This document shows, piece by piece, positions 36,605-45,632 of a stretch of 64,000 nucleotides of DNA (positions within the stretch are counted from its first letter, which is position 1; each line of letters begins with the position of its first letter). Origin of the DNA: Candidatus Saccharimonadales bacterium (lineage in GTDB: Bacteria; Patescibacteriota; Saccharimonadia; Saccharimonadales; JBBQAJ01). Under the pieces are notes generated by a model, which saw only the letters and a program-made list of their open reading frames with translations, was not told the origin of the DNA and did not search any database. The DNA is taken from the NCBI GenBank assembly GCA_038316195.1, contig JBBQAJ010000003.1:4056-68055 (forward strand). The letters run 5' to 3'. The position numbers and the translations under genes were made by a program.

Positions 36605-37000
36605 GGGGCTGAAATTATGCTCGACGTTGGACTTTAACAGTTAGATCAGCAGGTCGCTTGCTCAGCGTTATAGGGCAAAACAGAATAATTGCAAAATTAT
36701 CTGAACGCGCAGTTGGTTTTGTAAACAGTGTTAAAGCTGCTTTCATGCCACTCGCACCTGTTTTAGCTTAATTGTCTAAAACCATGCCTGAAATGACTCC
36801 AGTTAGTATCAGTGCATGATATATTTTCTGGACGCTCAAGTGCTCATGACTCATGTCACTTGCTAAGACTTAGGGTAATCAGGGACTACTTTTTGGTCAT
36901 TTTTCGGTAAATCCTTGATAAATTCAAATGACATAAACCTGTAGGATAGACTAACTAGCTAAACTAGCGGACGCGGGGGTAGTTCCCGCCAGCTCCTCCA
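36605..37000 (+). ncRNA. ssrA: tmRNA (SsrA), one-piece
   Basis: 5' GGGGCUGAAAUUAUGCUCGACG. 3' GGACGCGGGGGUAGUUCCCGCCAGCUCCUCCA with a G3:U pair in the acceptor stem. Internal tag frame ends ...PLAPVLA-UAA at 36769-36771. Confidence 0.85.
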
Positions 37001-37008
37001 TTAAAAGT

Positions 37009-37032
37009 GCCCAACATAGAGTTGGGCTTTTT
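37009..37032 (+). terminator. rho-independent terminator after ssrA
   Basis: GCCCAAC-ATAGA-GTTGGGC followed by TTTTT. Confidence 0.75.
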
Positions 37033-37242
37033 CATTTGATGATTAATTTGAAATAATGTATCTGGTTCTGCATTGGTCAAATTATGGCTTTTTGAATCAT
37101 GTTAAAACAATAATGATAGTAATCGACTAATCTCTCAAGAGTAAATGTAATTTACATCTTCAAATGAGGGCTTTAACGATATTATTGCTAGAATATAAGT
37201 ATTGGACGCTTACATTTCAAGAAACTTAAACGGAAAAATAAA

Positions 37243-37920
37243 GTGATATTAATTTTCATCGGACTTTTAGTTTTTGGAGAAATATTAGCACTTTTATGGC
37301 TAGCTTCAACGGTATCTACTTACAAAAACTACTGGGAACAGAAAGCTCATGAGGAAGGTGAAATAACCTATTTAGCGCTTGGAGACTCAGCCGCTCAGGG
37401 TATTGGTGCTACGAGTCCTAGTCGGGGCTATGTTGGGCTAATTGCAAATAGGCTTGCTAAACAGACAGGCAAAAAAATTCGCATTGTTAATTTGAGTAAA
37501 ACTGGTGCTAAGTTGGAAGATTACCTAAATCAACAGGCTCCCAGAATCAAAGATATAAAAGCTGACTATGTGACTATAGAAATCGGCGCAAATGACATGA
37601 CAAATTTTAACTCGGATTTATTTCGTTTAAAGTTTAATGATGTTCTAGCAACACTTCCCGAAGGCGCGTTTGTATCAAATATGCCCGCGTTTAACAGCAG
37701 ACCTTCAAGCACGAATAATGCCAAACAAGCTAGTAAAATAATAAGCGAAGAGTTGAAGAATTATCCAAAGCTACACTTTGTAGATTTACAGTTTCAGACA
37801 AGCACTCATCAGAGTATATTTGGCTTTGCTCCAGACTTATTTCATCCAAACAACCTCAGTTATAAAAACTGGGCAGATGCATTTTGGGCAAGTATTAAAA
37901 CATATAAAAAGTTCGAGTAA
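37243..37920 (+). CDS. SGNH/GDSL-family hydrolase, membrane-anchored
   Basis: GTG start. Block I LALGDSAAQG, block III EIGANDM, block V DLFHPN. Confidence 0.7.
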   Translation: MILIFIGLLVFGEILALLWLASTVSTYKNYWEQKAHEEGEITYLALGDSAAQGIGATSPSRGYVGLIANRLAKQTGKKIRIVNLSKTGAKLEDYLNQQAPRIKDIKADYVTIEIGANDMTNFNSDLFRLKFNDVLATLPEGAFVSNMPAFNSRPSSTNNAKQASKIISEELKNYPKLHFVDLQFQTSTHQSIFGFAPDLFHPNNLSYKNWADAFWASIKTYKKFE

Positions 37921-38030
37921 AAATACCACACTCATTTATTTGAAAGGGGATATATATAGACTTTATACAAGTATAAATTTCTTGTTTAAGTGTTTGTGTA
38001 AAAACTGCTACTCGCATACAATTGTTTGTA

Positions 38031-38684
38031 ATGAGCAGAAGCAAATACCTGTACATTTTATTTGGTCTCTTTTTACTTCTATCGTTAGTAGGGGCTTTCT
38101 ATTGGCGAATGCAAAAAACTCGCCAATCTGAAGACATAAAACGAGCAAATAATAGCAAAATAGCTGCGTCAATAACTCAGGATACTGTTGCTAGTGGACT
38201 TAGTGTTGATCAAAATTCTCAAGCAACAAATCTTGGCCAGTTAAATGACAATAATAGCCAGCAAAAAAATACTACTTCAACTTCTCCAAAAAAGACTATA
38301 GACCCATTTGACCCTACAACTTTTGCACAGTATGAAAAGTACAAAGATGCCAAAGGTGGTCTATTTGCTGATGTCCAAAAAGGTAATGGAGAAGAGATGG
38401 CTGCTGGCAAAAAAGGCGTCGTGCTGTACAAGGGCTGGCTTACTGATGGCCAACTTTTTGACCAGTCCAAGCCAAATGCCAGTGGTCAAATGCAAGCATT
38501 TTCATTTACACTAGGGGCACATGAAGTCATACCTGGGTGGGAACAATCTATAAATGGCATGAAAGCCGGTGGAGTTCGATTGTTTATTATCCCACCAGCA
38601 CTTGGTTATGGTGAAGCTGGACAAGGTCCAGTACCACCAAATTCTGTCCTGATTTTCAAAGTAGAACTTATAACTGTCCAGTAG
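38031..38684 (+). CDS. FKBP-type peptidyl-prolyl cis-trans isomerase, N-terminally anchored
   Basis: VVLYKGWLTDGQLFDQS, FTLGAHEVIPGWEQSINGMKAGG, IPPALGYGEAG, LIFKVELI. Confidence 0.85.
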   Translation: MSRSKYLYILFGLFLLLSLVGAFYWRMQKTRQSEDIKRANNSKIAASITQDTVASGLSVDQNSQATNLGQLNDNNSQQKNTTSTSPKKTIDPFDPTTFAQYEKYKDAKGGLFADVQKGNGEEMAAGKKGVVLYKGWLTDGQLFDQSKPNASGQMQAFSFTLGAHEVIPGWEQSINGMKAGGVRLFIIPPALGYGEAGQGPVPPNSVLIFKVELITVQ

Positions 38685-38685
38685 A

Positions 38686-38955
38686 CTAGGGTTTTTTACG
38701 TAGCATAAGTCGCAGGTTTGATAGGTAATGATTTGGGTTTACTGCTGGGTGGCCTTTTAAATATACCAAGTGAGTTTGTACAAAAGATATCCGATTGCCG
38801 GGCCATAGTTCTCCATTAGCTCGATAAGCAGAATTCGTTACTAAACTTCTATCTATTTCCATTTCTTTCAGCTTGATTGTTATATCTGATTCTTCCATAA
38901 ATCCCCGTTCTTTATACCTTTGGCTTTTTTGGTTTTTTGACTTCTTTTCGCCCAC
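38686..38955 (-). CDS. small basic hypothetical protein
   Basis: 89-aa ORF convergent with the FKBP gene. No motif recognised. Confidence 0.35.
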   Translation of the reverse strand: MGEKKSKNQKSQRYKERGFMEESDITIKLKEMEIDRSLVTNSAYRANGELWPGNRISFVQTHLVYLKGHPAVNPNHYLSNLRLMLRKKP

Positions 38956-39163
38956 GATCTTTTGACATTGTATGTCTCCCTTTGCTTTGTATTATGCTCC
39001 AAATCGGATAGAAAACCTAATCGTGATTATATTATTTGACTTAGCAAAATATTTATGCTAATATTGTACTAATTGTTTTAGATGAATCCGAGTTGTTACT
39101 TGTTTGCTCGATTTCATTATCAGCAAGAAGTTAAATTTTTAAACAACAAAGGATTCTTTTTTT

Positions 39164-40357
39164 ATGCCAAGTTCTAATTACTCATTTCGCGGCAGTCGTA
39201 GACCAGGGCCAGGTAGTAAACCACAAAGGCGCAGTGCACCTCGTAGTAACGGACGTCATGGTCAGTATATTGACCCAGCTCGTTTTATTAAAGTTGCAAA
39301 ATCTACCGAGGTGGAAGCCTATATTTCTACTCATCAATTTGATGATTTTGATATACAGCCAATACTAAAGGAAAATTTGGCCTCCAAAGGATATATAACT
39401 CCTTCGCCGATTCAGGATCAAACAATACCCCAAGGTTTGTTAGGCAAAGATATAATCGGAATAGCAAACACTGGTACTGGAAAAACTGCTGCATTCGCCG
39501 TACCTATACTTAACAAGTTAATTATGAATAAAACTTCCAAAGCCTTAATAATTGCACCAACCAGAGAGTTAGCTGAACAAATTCAAGACGAATGTCGTGC
39601 CATTGGAAGAAAAAGTGGCCTGTTCGGAACATTGTTAATCGGTGGCACTAGTATGGGAGCACAGCTACGTGATTTACGTGAAAATCCACGAATTGTAATT
39701 GGTACACCAGGTAGAATCAAAGACCACATGGAACGGGGCACTTTACGATTAAATGGTTTTGATACAGTAGTTCTAGACGAAGTTGATCGTATGCTGGACA
39801 TGGGATTTGTCATGGACGTCCGACATATATTGAGCCAATTAAAAAGTGAAAAACAATCTTTCTTTTTCTCAGCAACTATGGACATTAAAGTAAAAAGCTT
39901 AATCCAATCTTTTTCAAATGATCCAATAACAGTGTCTGTCAAAACAGGGGATACAGCTGAAAACGTGCACCAGGACGTAATAAAATACGCAGGTTCGAGT
40001 GACAAAATCGACAAACTTCATGATGTATTACTCAAAGCTGGTAAAGTGATAGTTTTTGACGAAACTCAGCGAAAAGTAGAACGACTTAGCCAGGAACTTA
40101 TTACACGGGGATTTTCAGCTGATGCTATACACGGTGGCAAATCACAAAGTCAAAGACAGCGAGCTTTGAAACGATTCAAAACAAACGATATTACCATTCT
40201 GGTTGCAACAGATGTTGCAGCACGTGGAATAGATGTAATAGACATAACTCATGTAGTGAATTTTTCATTGCCACAATCCTACGAAGATTATGTGCATCGA
40301 ATCGGAAGAACCGGACGAGCTGGTAGGACTGGTCAGGCGCTGACATTTATACAATAG
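39164..40357 (+). CDS. DEAD-box ATP-dependent RNA helicase with Arg/Gly/Ser-rich N-terminus
   Basis: Q-motif, AxTGTGKT, PTRELA, DEVD, SAT, HRIGRTGRAG. Confidence 0.9.
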   Translation: MPSSNYSFRGSRRPGPGSKPQRRSAPRSNGRHGQYIDPARFIKVAKSTEVEAYISTHQFDDFDIQPILKENLASKGYITPSPIQDQTIPQGLLGKDIIGIANTGTGKTAAFAVPILNKLIMNKTSKALIIAPTRELAEQIQDECRAIGRKSGLFGTLLIGGTSMGAQLRDLRENPRIVIGTPGRIKDHMERGTLRLNGFDTVVLDEVDRMLDMGFVMDVRHILSQLKSEKQSFFFSATMDIKVKSLIQSFSNDPITVSVKTGDTAENVHQDVIKYAGSSDKIDKLHDVLLKAGKVIVFDETQRKVERLSQELITRGFSADAIHGGKSQSQRQRALKRFKTNDITILVATDVAARGIDVIDITHVVNFSLPQSYEDYVHRIGRTGRAGRTGQALTFIQ

Positions 40358-40397
40358 GTATTTGTTGGTTGACTGCTTTATCTTCGTATCCTAGTCT

Positions 40398-41657
40398 ATG
40401 TATATGTTAGATAAAATAAAAAGCTTTTTGCCTGGAAATGCCGATTTGTCCGCAAATGATGTGGTCGAAGCTAGAGAGTATATAGAAAACTATTGGAAAA
40501 AGTTAAAACGCTATCATCCCAAAGATGACGAAAGTTTACTCGGTCTTCCAAATCCATATGTAGTACCAGCATATGAGGAAGGACATGACTTTGATTTCAA
40601 TGAAATGTATTACTGGGATACATATTTTATGGCACAGGGTATGTACAAATTCCCAGAAAAAAAAGAATTAGTTATTGGAATGTTGGAAAATCTCTTGTAT
40701 ATGTTCAGACGATTTAGTGTAATTCCAAATGCTTCTAGAACATATCTAACTGGACGTTCCCAGCCACCAAATTTGAGCAGCTTTATATGGGAAGTGTACA
40801 ACGCTTATAATATGGACGAAAAATGGTTGAAACGGGCAATGGCAATAGCTGAAGATGAATACAATTCAGTATGGATGGGAACGGTCAAACCTCATGCACG
40901 GAAAGTGTATAAAGGTTTATCCAGATACTACGATATAAATTTGTTACATGATTTGGCAGAAGCAGAAAGTGGCTGGGATATGACGCCACGATTCGGTAGA
41001 CACTGTCTAAGTTATCTTCCAGCAGACTTAAATACACTATTATATAAATATGAAACAGATTTTGCGATGTATTATAGGCATATTAAAGATATTCGAAATG
41101 CCGCAAAATGGGACGTTGCAGCAAAGCACAGAAGAGCAACCATGAACGAATTAATGTGGAATAACCTAAAAGGACTTTACTACGATTATAATTATGTAAA
41201 AGAGCGTCGGGGAACCGTAAGCTCTTTGGCAGGATTCTACCCACTCTGGGCAAATATGGTAGATAAAAAGCAAGCCAATCAGATGGTGAAAGCACTCCGA
41301 AGATTTGAAAATAGGGGAGGCCTAGCAACAACAGACGTGCAACAACTCAGTCAAATGGTCCCAGGTTCTATACCAACTCAATGGGCATATCCAAATGGGT
41401 GGGCACCACTTCAACTCAGGGTTATCCAAGGACTTGTATCTTATGGATTTACTGATGATGCACGAAGGATTGCAATGAAATGGCTCAAAACAAACTTAGT
41501 ATGGTTCAACAAAAATGGCGTGTTTTTGGAAAAGTACAATGTCGTAAGTCCAGATAAACCACCAGCTAAAGGACTTTATCCTTCGCAAACGGGTTTTGGT
41601 TGGACCAACGCTGTTTTTGAACGATTGTGCCAAGATTTTATAGATAAAAAGAATTAA
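40398..41657 (+). CDS. trehalase (glycoside hydrolase family 37), cytoplasmic (no signal peptide)
   Basis: Both trehalase signatures present: NEMYYWDTYF and QWAYPNGWAPLQ. Also RSQPP and ESGWDMTPRF. Confidence 0.8.
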   Translation: MYMLDKIKSFLPGNADLSANDVVEAREYIENYWKKLKRYHPKDDESLLGLPNPYVVPAYEEGHDFDFNEMYYWDTYFMAQGMYKFPEKKELVIGMLENLLYMFRRFSVIPNASRTYLTGRSQPPNLSSFIWEVYNAYNMDEKWLKRAMAIAEDEYNSVWMGTVKPHARKVYKGLSRYYDINLLHDLAEAESGWDMTPRFGRHCLSYLPADLNTLLYKYETDFAMYYRHIKDIRNAAKWDVAAKHRRATMNELMWNNLKGLYYDYNYVKERRGTVSSLAGFYPLWANMVDKKQANQMVKALRRFENRGGLATTDVQQLSQMVPGSIPTQWAYPNGWAPLQLRVIQGLVSYGFTDDARRIAMKWLKTNLVWFNKNGVFLEKYNVVSPDKPPAKGLYPSQTGFGWTNAVFERLCQDFIDKKN

Positions 41658-41821
41658 TGGTCGACAGTACAACGGAATTACCATGTGTAGATAAACTTAG
41701 TTTTGATACTTTAAAAGATGCTCAATCTTCTGCAGTAGTCGCAGATTGGCAGCACGGTACTAAACTTAAGGCTTATAGGTGCCGGCATTGTGGACTTTGG
41801 CACTTATCAAGTGTGGTTTAA
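41657..41821 (+). CDS. 54-aa Cys-containing (zinc-ribbon-like) small protein, below the ORF-track cutoff
   Basis: The ATG overlaps the trehalase stop (TAATG). Sequence ...PCVDKLSF...YRCRHCGLWHLSSVV*. Confidence 0.4.
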   Translation: MVDSTTELPCVDKLSFDTLKDAQSSAVVADWQHGTKLKAYRCRHCGLWHLSSVV

Positions 41822-41823
41822 GA

Positions 41824-41852
41824 TTGACAGATTATAACCAGTGTTTTATCAT
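41824..41852 (+). promoter_or_regulatory. sigma70-like promoter TTGACA-17 nt-TATCAT
   Basis: Hexamers read directly. The predicted TSS is ~3 nt before ATG 41862. Confidence 0.45.
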
Positions 41853-41858
41853 CCAATT

Positions 41859-41972
41859 GCAATGATATTTTTATTAGTTTCAGAAATGATTATGCCCAGA
41901 CTACATCCAGAGTTGGTTTTGCGATAATTACTAAAAATTAGTAAAAATGTACCGGCTCAAGGCCGGTTTTTT
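41859..41972 (+). ncRNA. candidate ~115-nt leader/attenuator or small RNA (contains a leaderless 21-codon ORF at 41862-41927 and two hairpins)
   Basis: Bracketed by the promoter above and the terminator below. Hairpin TTACTAA-AAA-TTAGTAA at 41928-41944. Confidence 0.3.
41951..41972 (+). terminator. intrinsic terminator 31 nt upstream of ATG 42004
   Basis: ACCGGC-TCAAG-GCCGGT followed by TTTTTT. Confidence 0.65.
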
Positions 41973-42003
41973 GATTAATATACTAAAAACATAAGGAATT
42001 TAA

Positions 42004-42612
42004 ATGCCACTTCCGGTAGTTTCTGAAAATGTACGTAATCAATTTGAAAATTTAGGCCATGTATACGTTACAGGGGTATATGGGGTTGATCGAGCTGCTT
42101 TGCTGGGTACTGAAATTGACGATCTTGTAAGCAATGTTCGGCCGAGTTCTATTATGGCTTTGGGTGAACAAAAACGTGGACTAGAAAACCCGCACATAAG
42201 TTCAGAAAAACATAGAGCTCTTAGTCTTGTCTTAGGTGAAATAGGTGTCTTTGCCTCCGAAGTACTTGGGCGTAATTTATGGCCAGCTATTTCACCAAGT
42301 AGAACACTAATTGATGCAATTGATATGAACCCAATTATTATTGGTAGTATGAGGCATACAGAAGCCCGAACTCTTCCGGTTCAAGGTACGAGGCATACTG
42401 ACAGACCAGATATAGCAGGATTGGTTGCTCTAACAACTTACGAAGGTAAATCTAAACTTCATTTTGACGATGATACAAGCTATGATTTGATCCCTGGTGG
42501 TGTTGCCTACTTTAATCCTATCTTGTTTCATCAGGGCTCTGCATTTGTAAAAAGACGAGCTTTTGTTGTTGCCCGGACGACTTCGAATTTGTCCAAAAAC
42601 AAGGTAAACTAA
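42004..42612 (+). CDS. hypothetical protein, possibly a double-stranded beta-helix Fe(II)/2-oxoglutarate oxygenase-like fold
   Basis: Candidate facial triad H-T-D (GTRHTDRPD) ... H (ILFHQG) ~44 aa apart. This is weak. Confidence 0.45.
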   Translation: MPLPVVSENVRNQFENLGHVYVTGVYGVDRAALLGTEIDDLVSNVRPSSIMALGEQKRGLENPHISSEKHRALSLVLGEIGVFASEVLGRNLWPAISPSRTLIDAIDMNPIIIGSMRHTEARTLPVQGTRHTDRPDIAGLVALTTYEGKSKLHFDDDTSYDLIPGGVAYFNPILFHQGSAFVKRRAFVVARTTSNLSKNKVN

Positions 42613-42622
42613 TATATAGAAA

Positions 42623-44068
42623 ATGAACTATTTAGTAACAACGTCAATTCCGTACGTAAACGGTGAACCACATTTGGGGCATGCATTGGAATTTCTAATG
42701 GCCGATGTTGTGGCTCGCAATGCGAGGGCACAGAAAAAGCCAGTGATCTTCACCATAGGAACCGACGAACACGGAGGCAAAATAGCCGAAAAAGCTCTAG
42801 AATTAGGTGTAACTCCGAAAGAGTTTACTGATCAAATAAGTCAAAAATACAGAGATTTTGCCAAACTTTTGAACATTAGTAATGACAGATTTATACGTAC
42901 AACTGATGCAGGCCACGAACAGCGAGCTCAGCTCATTTGGAAGGCATTACAAAAAGACATATATAAAGGTAACTATACTGGTTGGTATTGTACTGGTGAT
43001 GAAGCATTTTTTACAGAGGCAGTTGTCAAGGAAAACAAAGGTGTGTGTCCAAACCACAATCGTAAATATGATCTTCTTGAAGAAGAAAATTATTTTTTTA
43101 GGCTAAGCCAATATTCACAAAAAATTCAAGAATTAATAGAAAGCGACGAATTCAATATTATACCAGCCACTCGTAGAAACGAAATCTTACAAGTTTTTAA
43201 AGATGGGTTGGAGGATATTAGCATTTCCCGACCTAAAGAAAAAATATCTTGGGGTATACCTGTTCCAAACGACAATACGCAGGTTATGTACGTCTGGTTC
43301 GAAGCACTTATGAACTATATAACAGTACTTGGTTATCCTGAACACGATGACTTCAAGAAGTTTTGGCCTGCAAACGTACAGGTTGTCGGCAAAGATATAT
43401 TACGGTTTCATGCAGCAGTATGGCCTGGTATGCTTTTGGCACTTGGCTTGGAATTACCAAAAACCTTGTATGTGCATGGGTTTATCACTGTAAATAATCA
43501 AAAAATGAGTAAATCTTTGGGGAATGATGTTAAGCCAAGTCAAATTATTGAAGAATTTGGAGTTGATGCATTTCGTTATTACTTTTTGCGACATATACCA
43601 TCGTATGGCGATGGAGATTACAATCCAGAACGATTCTTGGCTGCATATAATAATGAACTTGCAAATGAATTAGGAAATAGCATGCAGCGAACTGCTGCAA
43701 TGATCACCCAATACCAAAATGGCATAATTGGAAATGTGCCTGAGGCTGAACATGACCAAGCGCTATATAGAGAAGCGATTGAAAATTGTCAATTTGATAG
43801 AGCCTTAGATGATGTTTGGGAGCAGGTGCGAGGATTGAATCAATTTATTGATGAAGAAAAACCATGGTCAATCAACAAAGCAGGCGATAAAGACCACCTC
43901 AGTGAAGTATTGGCATATCAAGTTAGTTGTCTATTAGAAATCGCTAATATGCTGAGCCCATTTATGCCAGAAACAGCTCAAAAAATACGTTACGTTTTCG
44001 AAGAAGGTGTGATTCGACCAACAAAAACCACTTTATTCCCACGAAAAGACACACTAAAGAAAGTATAA
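42623..44068 (+). CDS. metG: methionine--tRNA ligase (short form)
   Basis: PYVNGEPHLGHA (HIGH-type) and KMSKSLGN. Confidence 0.9.
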   Translation: MNYLVTTSIPYVNGEPHLGHALEFLMADVVARNARAQKKPVIFTIGTDEHGGKIAEKALELGVTPKEFTDQISQKYRDFAKLLNISNDRFIRTTDAGHEQRAQLIWKALQKDIYKGNYTGWYCTGDEAFFTEAVVKENKGVCPNHNRKYDLLEEENYFFRLSQYSQKIQELIESDEFNIIPATRRNEILQVFKDGLEDISISRPKEKISWGIPVPNDNTQVMYVWFEALMNYITVLGYPEHDDFKKFWPANVQVVGKDILRFHAAVWPGMLLALGLELPKTLYVHGFITVNNQKMSKSLGNDVKPSQIIEEFGVDAFRYYFLRHIPSYGDGDYNPERFLAAYNNELANELGNSMQRTAAMITQYQNGIIGNVPEAEHDQALYREAIENCQFDRALDDVWEQVRGLNQFIDEEKPWSINKAGDKDHLSEVLAYQVSCLLEIANMLSPFMPETAQKIRYVFEEGVIRPTKTTLFPRKDTLKKV

Positions 44069-44069
44069 A

Positions 44070-44882
44070 TTGGAATTTATTGACACGCATTGCCACATAC
44101 ATGAAGCAAGTACAAGTACGTCTGGTGATGAATTTATGCGTGAAAAGTGGACCAAAGCTGGCATTACTGATCCCGGAGAGTTAATACGAGAAGCAAGTGA
44201 TAGTGGTGTAAAAAGGCTGATATGCGTGGGTTGTACGCTTGAAGATAGTCAAATGGCAGAAGTTTTGGCTGAAAAATACGATAACTGTTGGGCAAGTATA
44301 GGAATCCATCCACATGAAGCTAAAGACCATTTAAATGAAAAAACACAATTAATCTTCGCTAGTCTCATAAATCAGCCAAAAGTTATTGCTATAGGCGAGT
44401 GTGGATTGGATTATTACTATAATCATTCTGGAAAATCAGACCAAATAAAATTGTTGCAATTTCAGCTAGAATTGGCGAGAAAACACAATCTACCATTGAT
44501 TTTTCATATACGTGAAGCTTTTGATGACTTTTGGCCAGTTTTTGACCAATATAAGGGTCTGAGGGGAGTTGTGCATAGTTTCTCGTCTAAAACACAGGAC
44601 TTAGAGCAAATCTTATCCAGGGGCTTGTATGTAGGGCTGAATGGCATCATGACTTTTACGAAAAATGAAGATCAGCTCAAAGCTGCAAAATCAATCCCGT
44701 TGGATCGCTTACTTCTTGAAACTGACGCTCCGTTCTTGACACCAGCTCCAGAGCGTGGTAAAATCTGTAGGCCTAGGCATATAGTGCGAACGGCGGAGTT
44801 TTTAGCAGGCCTAAGGGGAGATTCATTGGCAGATATAGCCAAATCAACAACCCAGAATGCCTGCAATTTATTTTCAATTTAA
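44070..44882 (+). CDS. tatD: TatD-family metal-dependent hydrolase/DNase
   Basis: TTG start. MEFIDTHCHI, GECGLDYYY, HIREA, VHSF, LLETDAPFL. Confidence 0.85.
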   Translation: MEFIDTHCHIHEASTSTSGDEFMREKWTKAGITDPGELIREASDSGVKRLICVGCTLEDSQMAEVLAEKYDNCWASIGIHPHEAKDHLNEKTQLIFASLINQPKVIAIGECGLDYYYNHSGKSDQIKLLQFQLELARKHNLPLIFHIREAFDDFWPVFDQYKGLRGVVHSFSSKTQDLEQILSRGLYVGLNGIMTFTKNEDQLKAAKSIPLDRLLLETDAPFLTPAPERGKICRPRHIVRTAEFLAGLRGDSLADIAKSTTQNACNLFSI

Positions 44883-44887
44883 ATATT

Positions 44888-45247
44888 ATGAGTCAATTTT
44901 TACCACACAATCCATTTCAAGACCGGGGAAATTTTGAAAAATCTCCTCGAACTCCTGAAACCATAATGTCCTCTAGATTTTACGAAGTCTTATTTGGGGT
45001 GCGTGACCTTAACGCGATTGGTCGTGACGCAGAGGCTCGCGAGCAATCACGAGCTGAACGACATCTAAGTATCGTTCCTACTCCAACGCTAATCGAAACA
45101 ACCACACCCGAACCAAAACCAAGCGTACAGAAGCTAGAAAGCAGTGTACATGATGGGGGTATTAGCAAAATAAGAGCAGAAGTTATGCAAACCTATGAAG
45201 AACAGCCAATTATATCTTTAGACGAGGAAATACGACGTGTTGCATAA
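44888..45247 (+). CDS. hypothetical protein
   Basis: 119-aa ORF in an operon-like position. No motif recognised. Confidence 0.45.
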   Translation: MSQFLPHNPFQDRGNFEKSPRTPETIMSSRFYEVLFGVRDLNAIGRDAEAREQSRAERHLSIVPTPTLIETTTPEPKPSVQKLESSVHDGGISKIRAEVMQTYEEQPIISLDEEIRRVA

Positions 45248-45605
45248 ATTCGTAAAGACTATTACTGGTCAAAGCACTGAGGATCGTCAAGCAAGTTTGT
45301 ATAGTAACCTTATTCGTCATGAAGCAAAAATTGGCGCAGAAGTATTTGGCCCTATTCCAAAAGGAACCAAAAGAGAATTTTTCTGTTTGGACAGACATAC
45401 TTGGGTTTGGCATGAAGAATGGCAAGATAAAGGTGGACACAAACAAGTAAGGACTACACGATACGATGTCAGACCAAACGGTGTTTTGAAGTCTCAAAAT
45501 GGTCATTATCAAAAAGTGAATGACAGTGAATTGATACGTTTAAGTAAAGCGGCAGATTTATATCTGTCGCGTATTTCAAGTGAAATGTACTCGTCAGTTG
45601 CATAG
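45237..45605 (+). CDS. hypothetical protein (Trp-rich core FFCLDRHTWVWHEEWQD)
   Basis: 122-aa ORF overlapping the previous stop. Confidence 0.5.
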   Translation: MLHKFVKTITGQSTEDRQASLYSNLIRHEAKIGAEVFGPIPKGTKREFFCLDRHTWVWHEEWQDKGGHKQVRTTRYDVRPNGVLKSQNGHYQKVNDSELIRLSKAADLYLSRISSEMYSSVA

Positions 45606-45632
45606 CTTTAGTAAATCTCATACGCTACAAAA

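Noticed and set aside
37820-38131. 103-aa ORF bridging the SGNH hydrolase end and the FKBP start
   Set aside because: It overlaps two well-supported genes in another frame.
41824-42622. T-box riboswitch upstream of metG
   Set aside because: The leader is only ~115 nt. I see no T-box consensus (AGAGA/specifier/T-box 14-mer), and another gene lies between it and metG. It is kept only as a generic attenuator or sRNA candidate.
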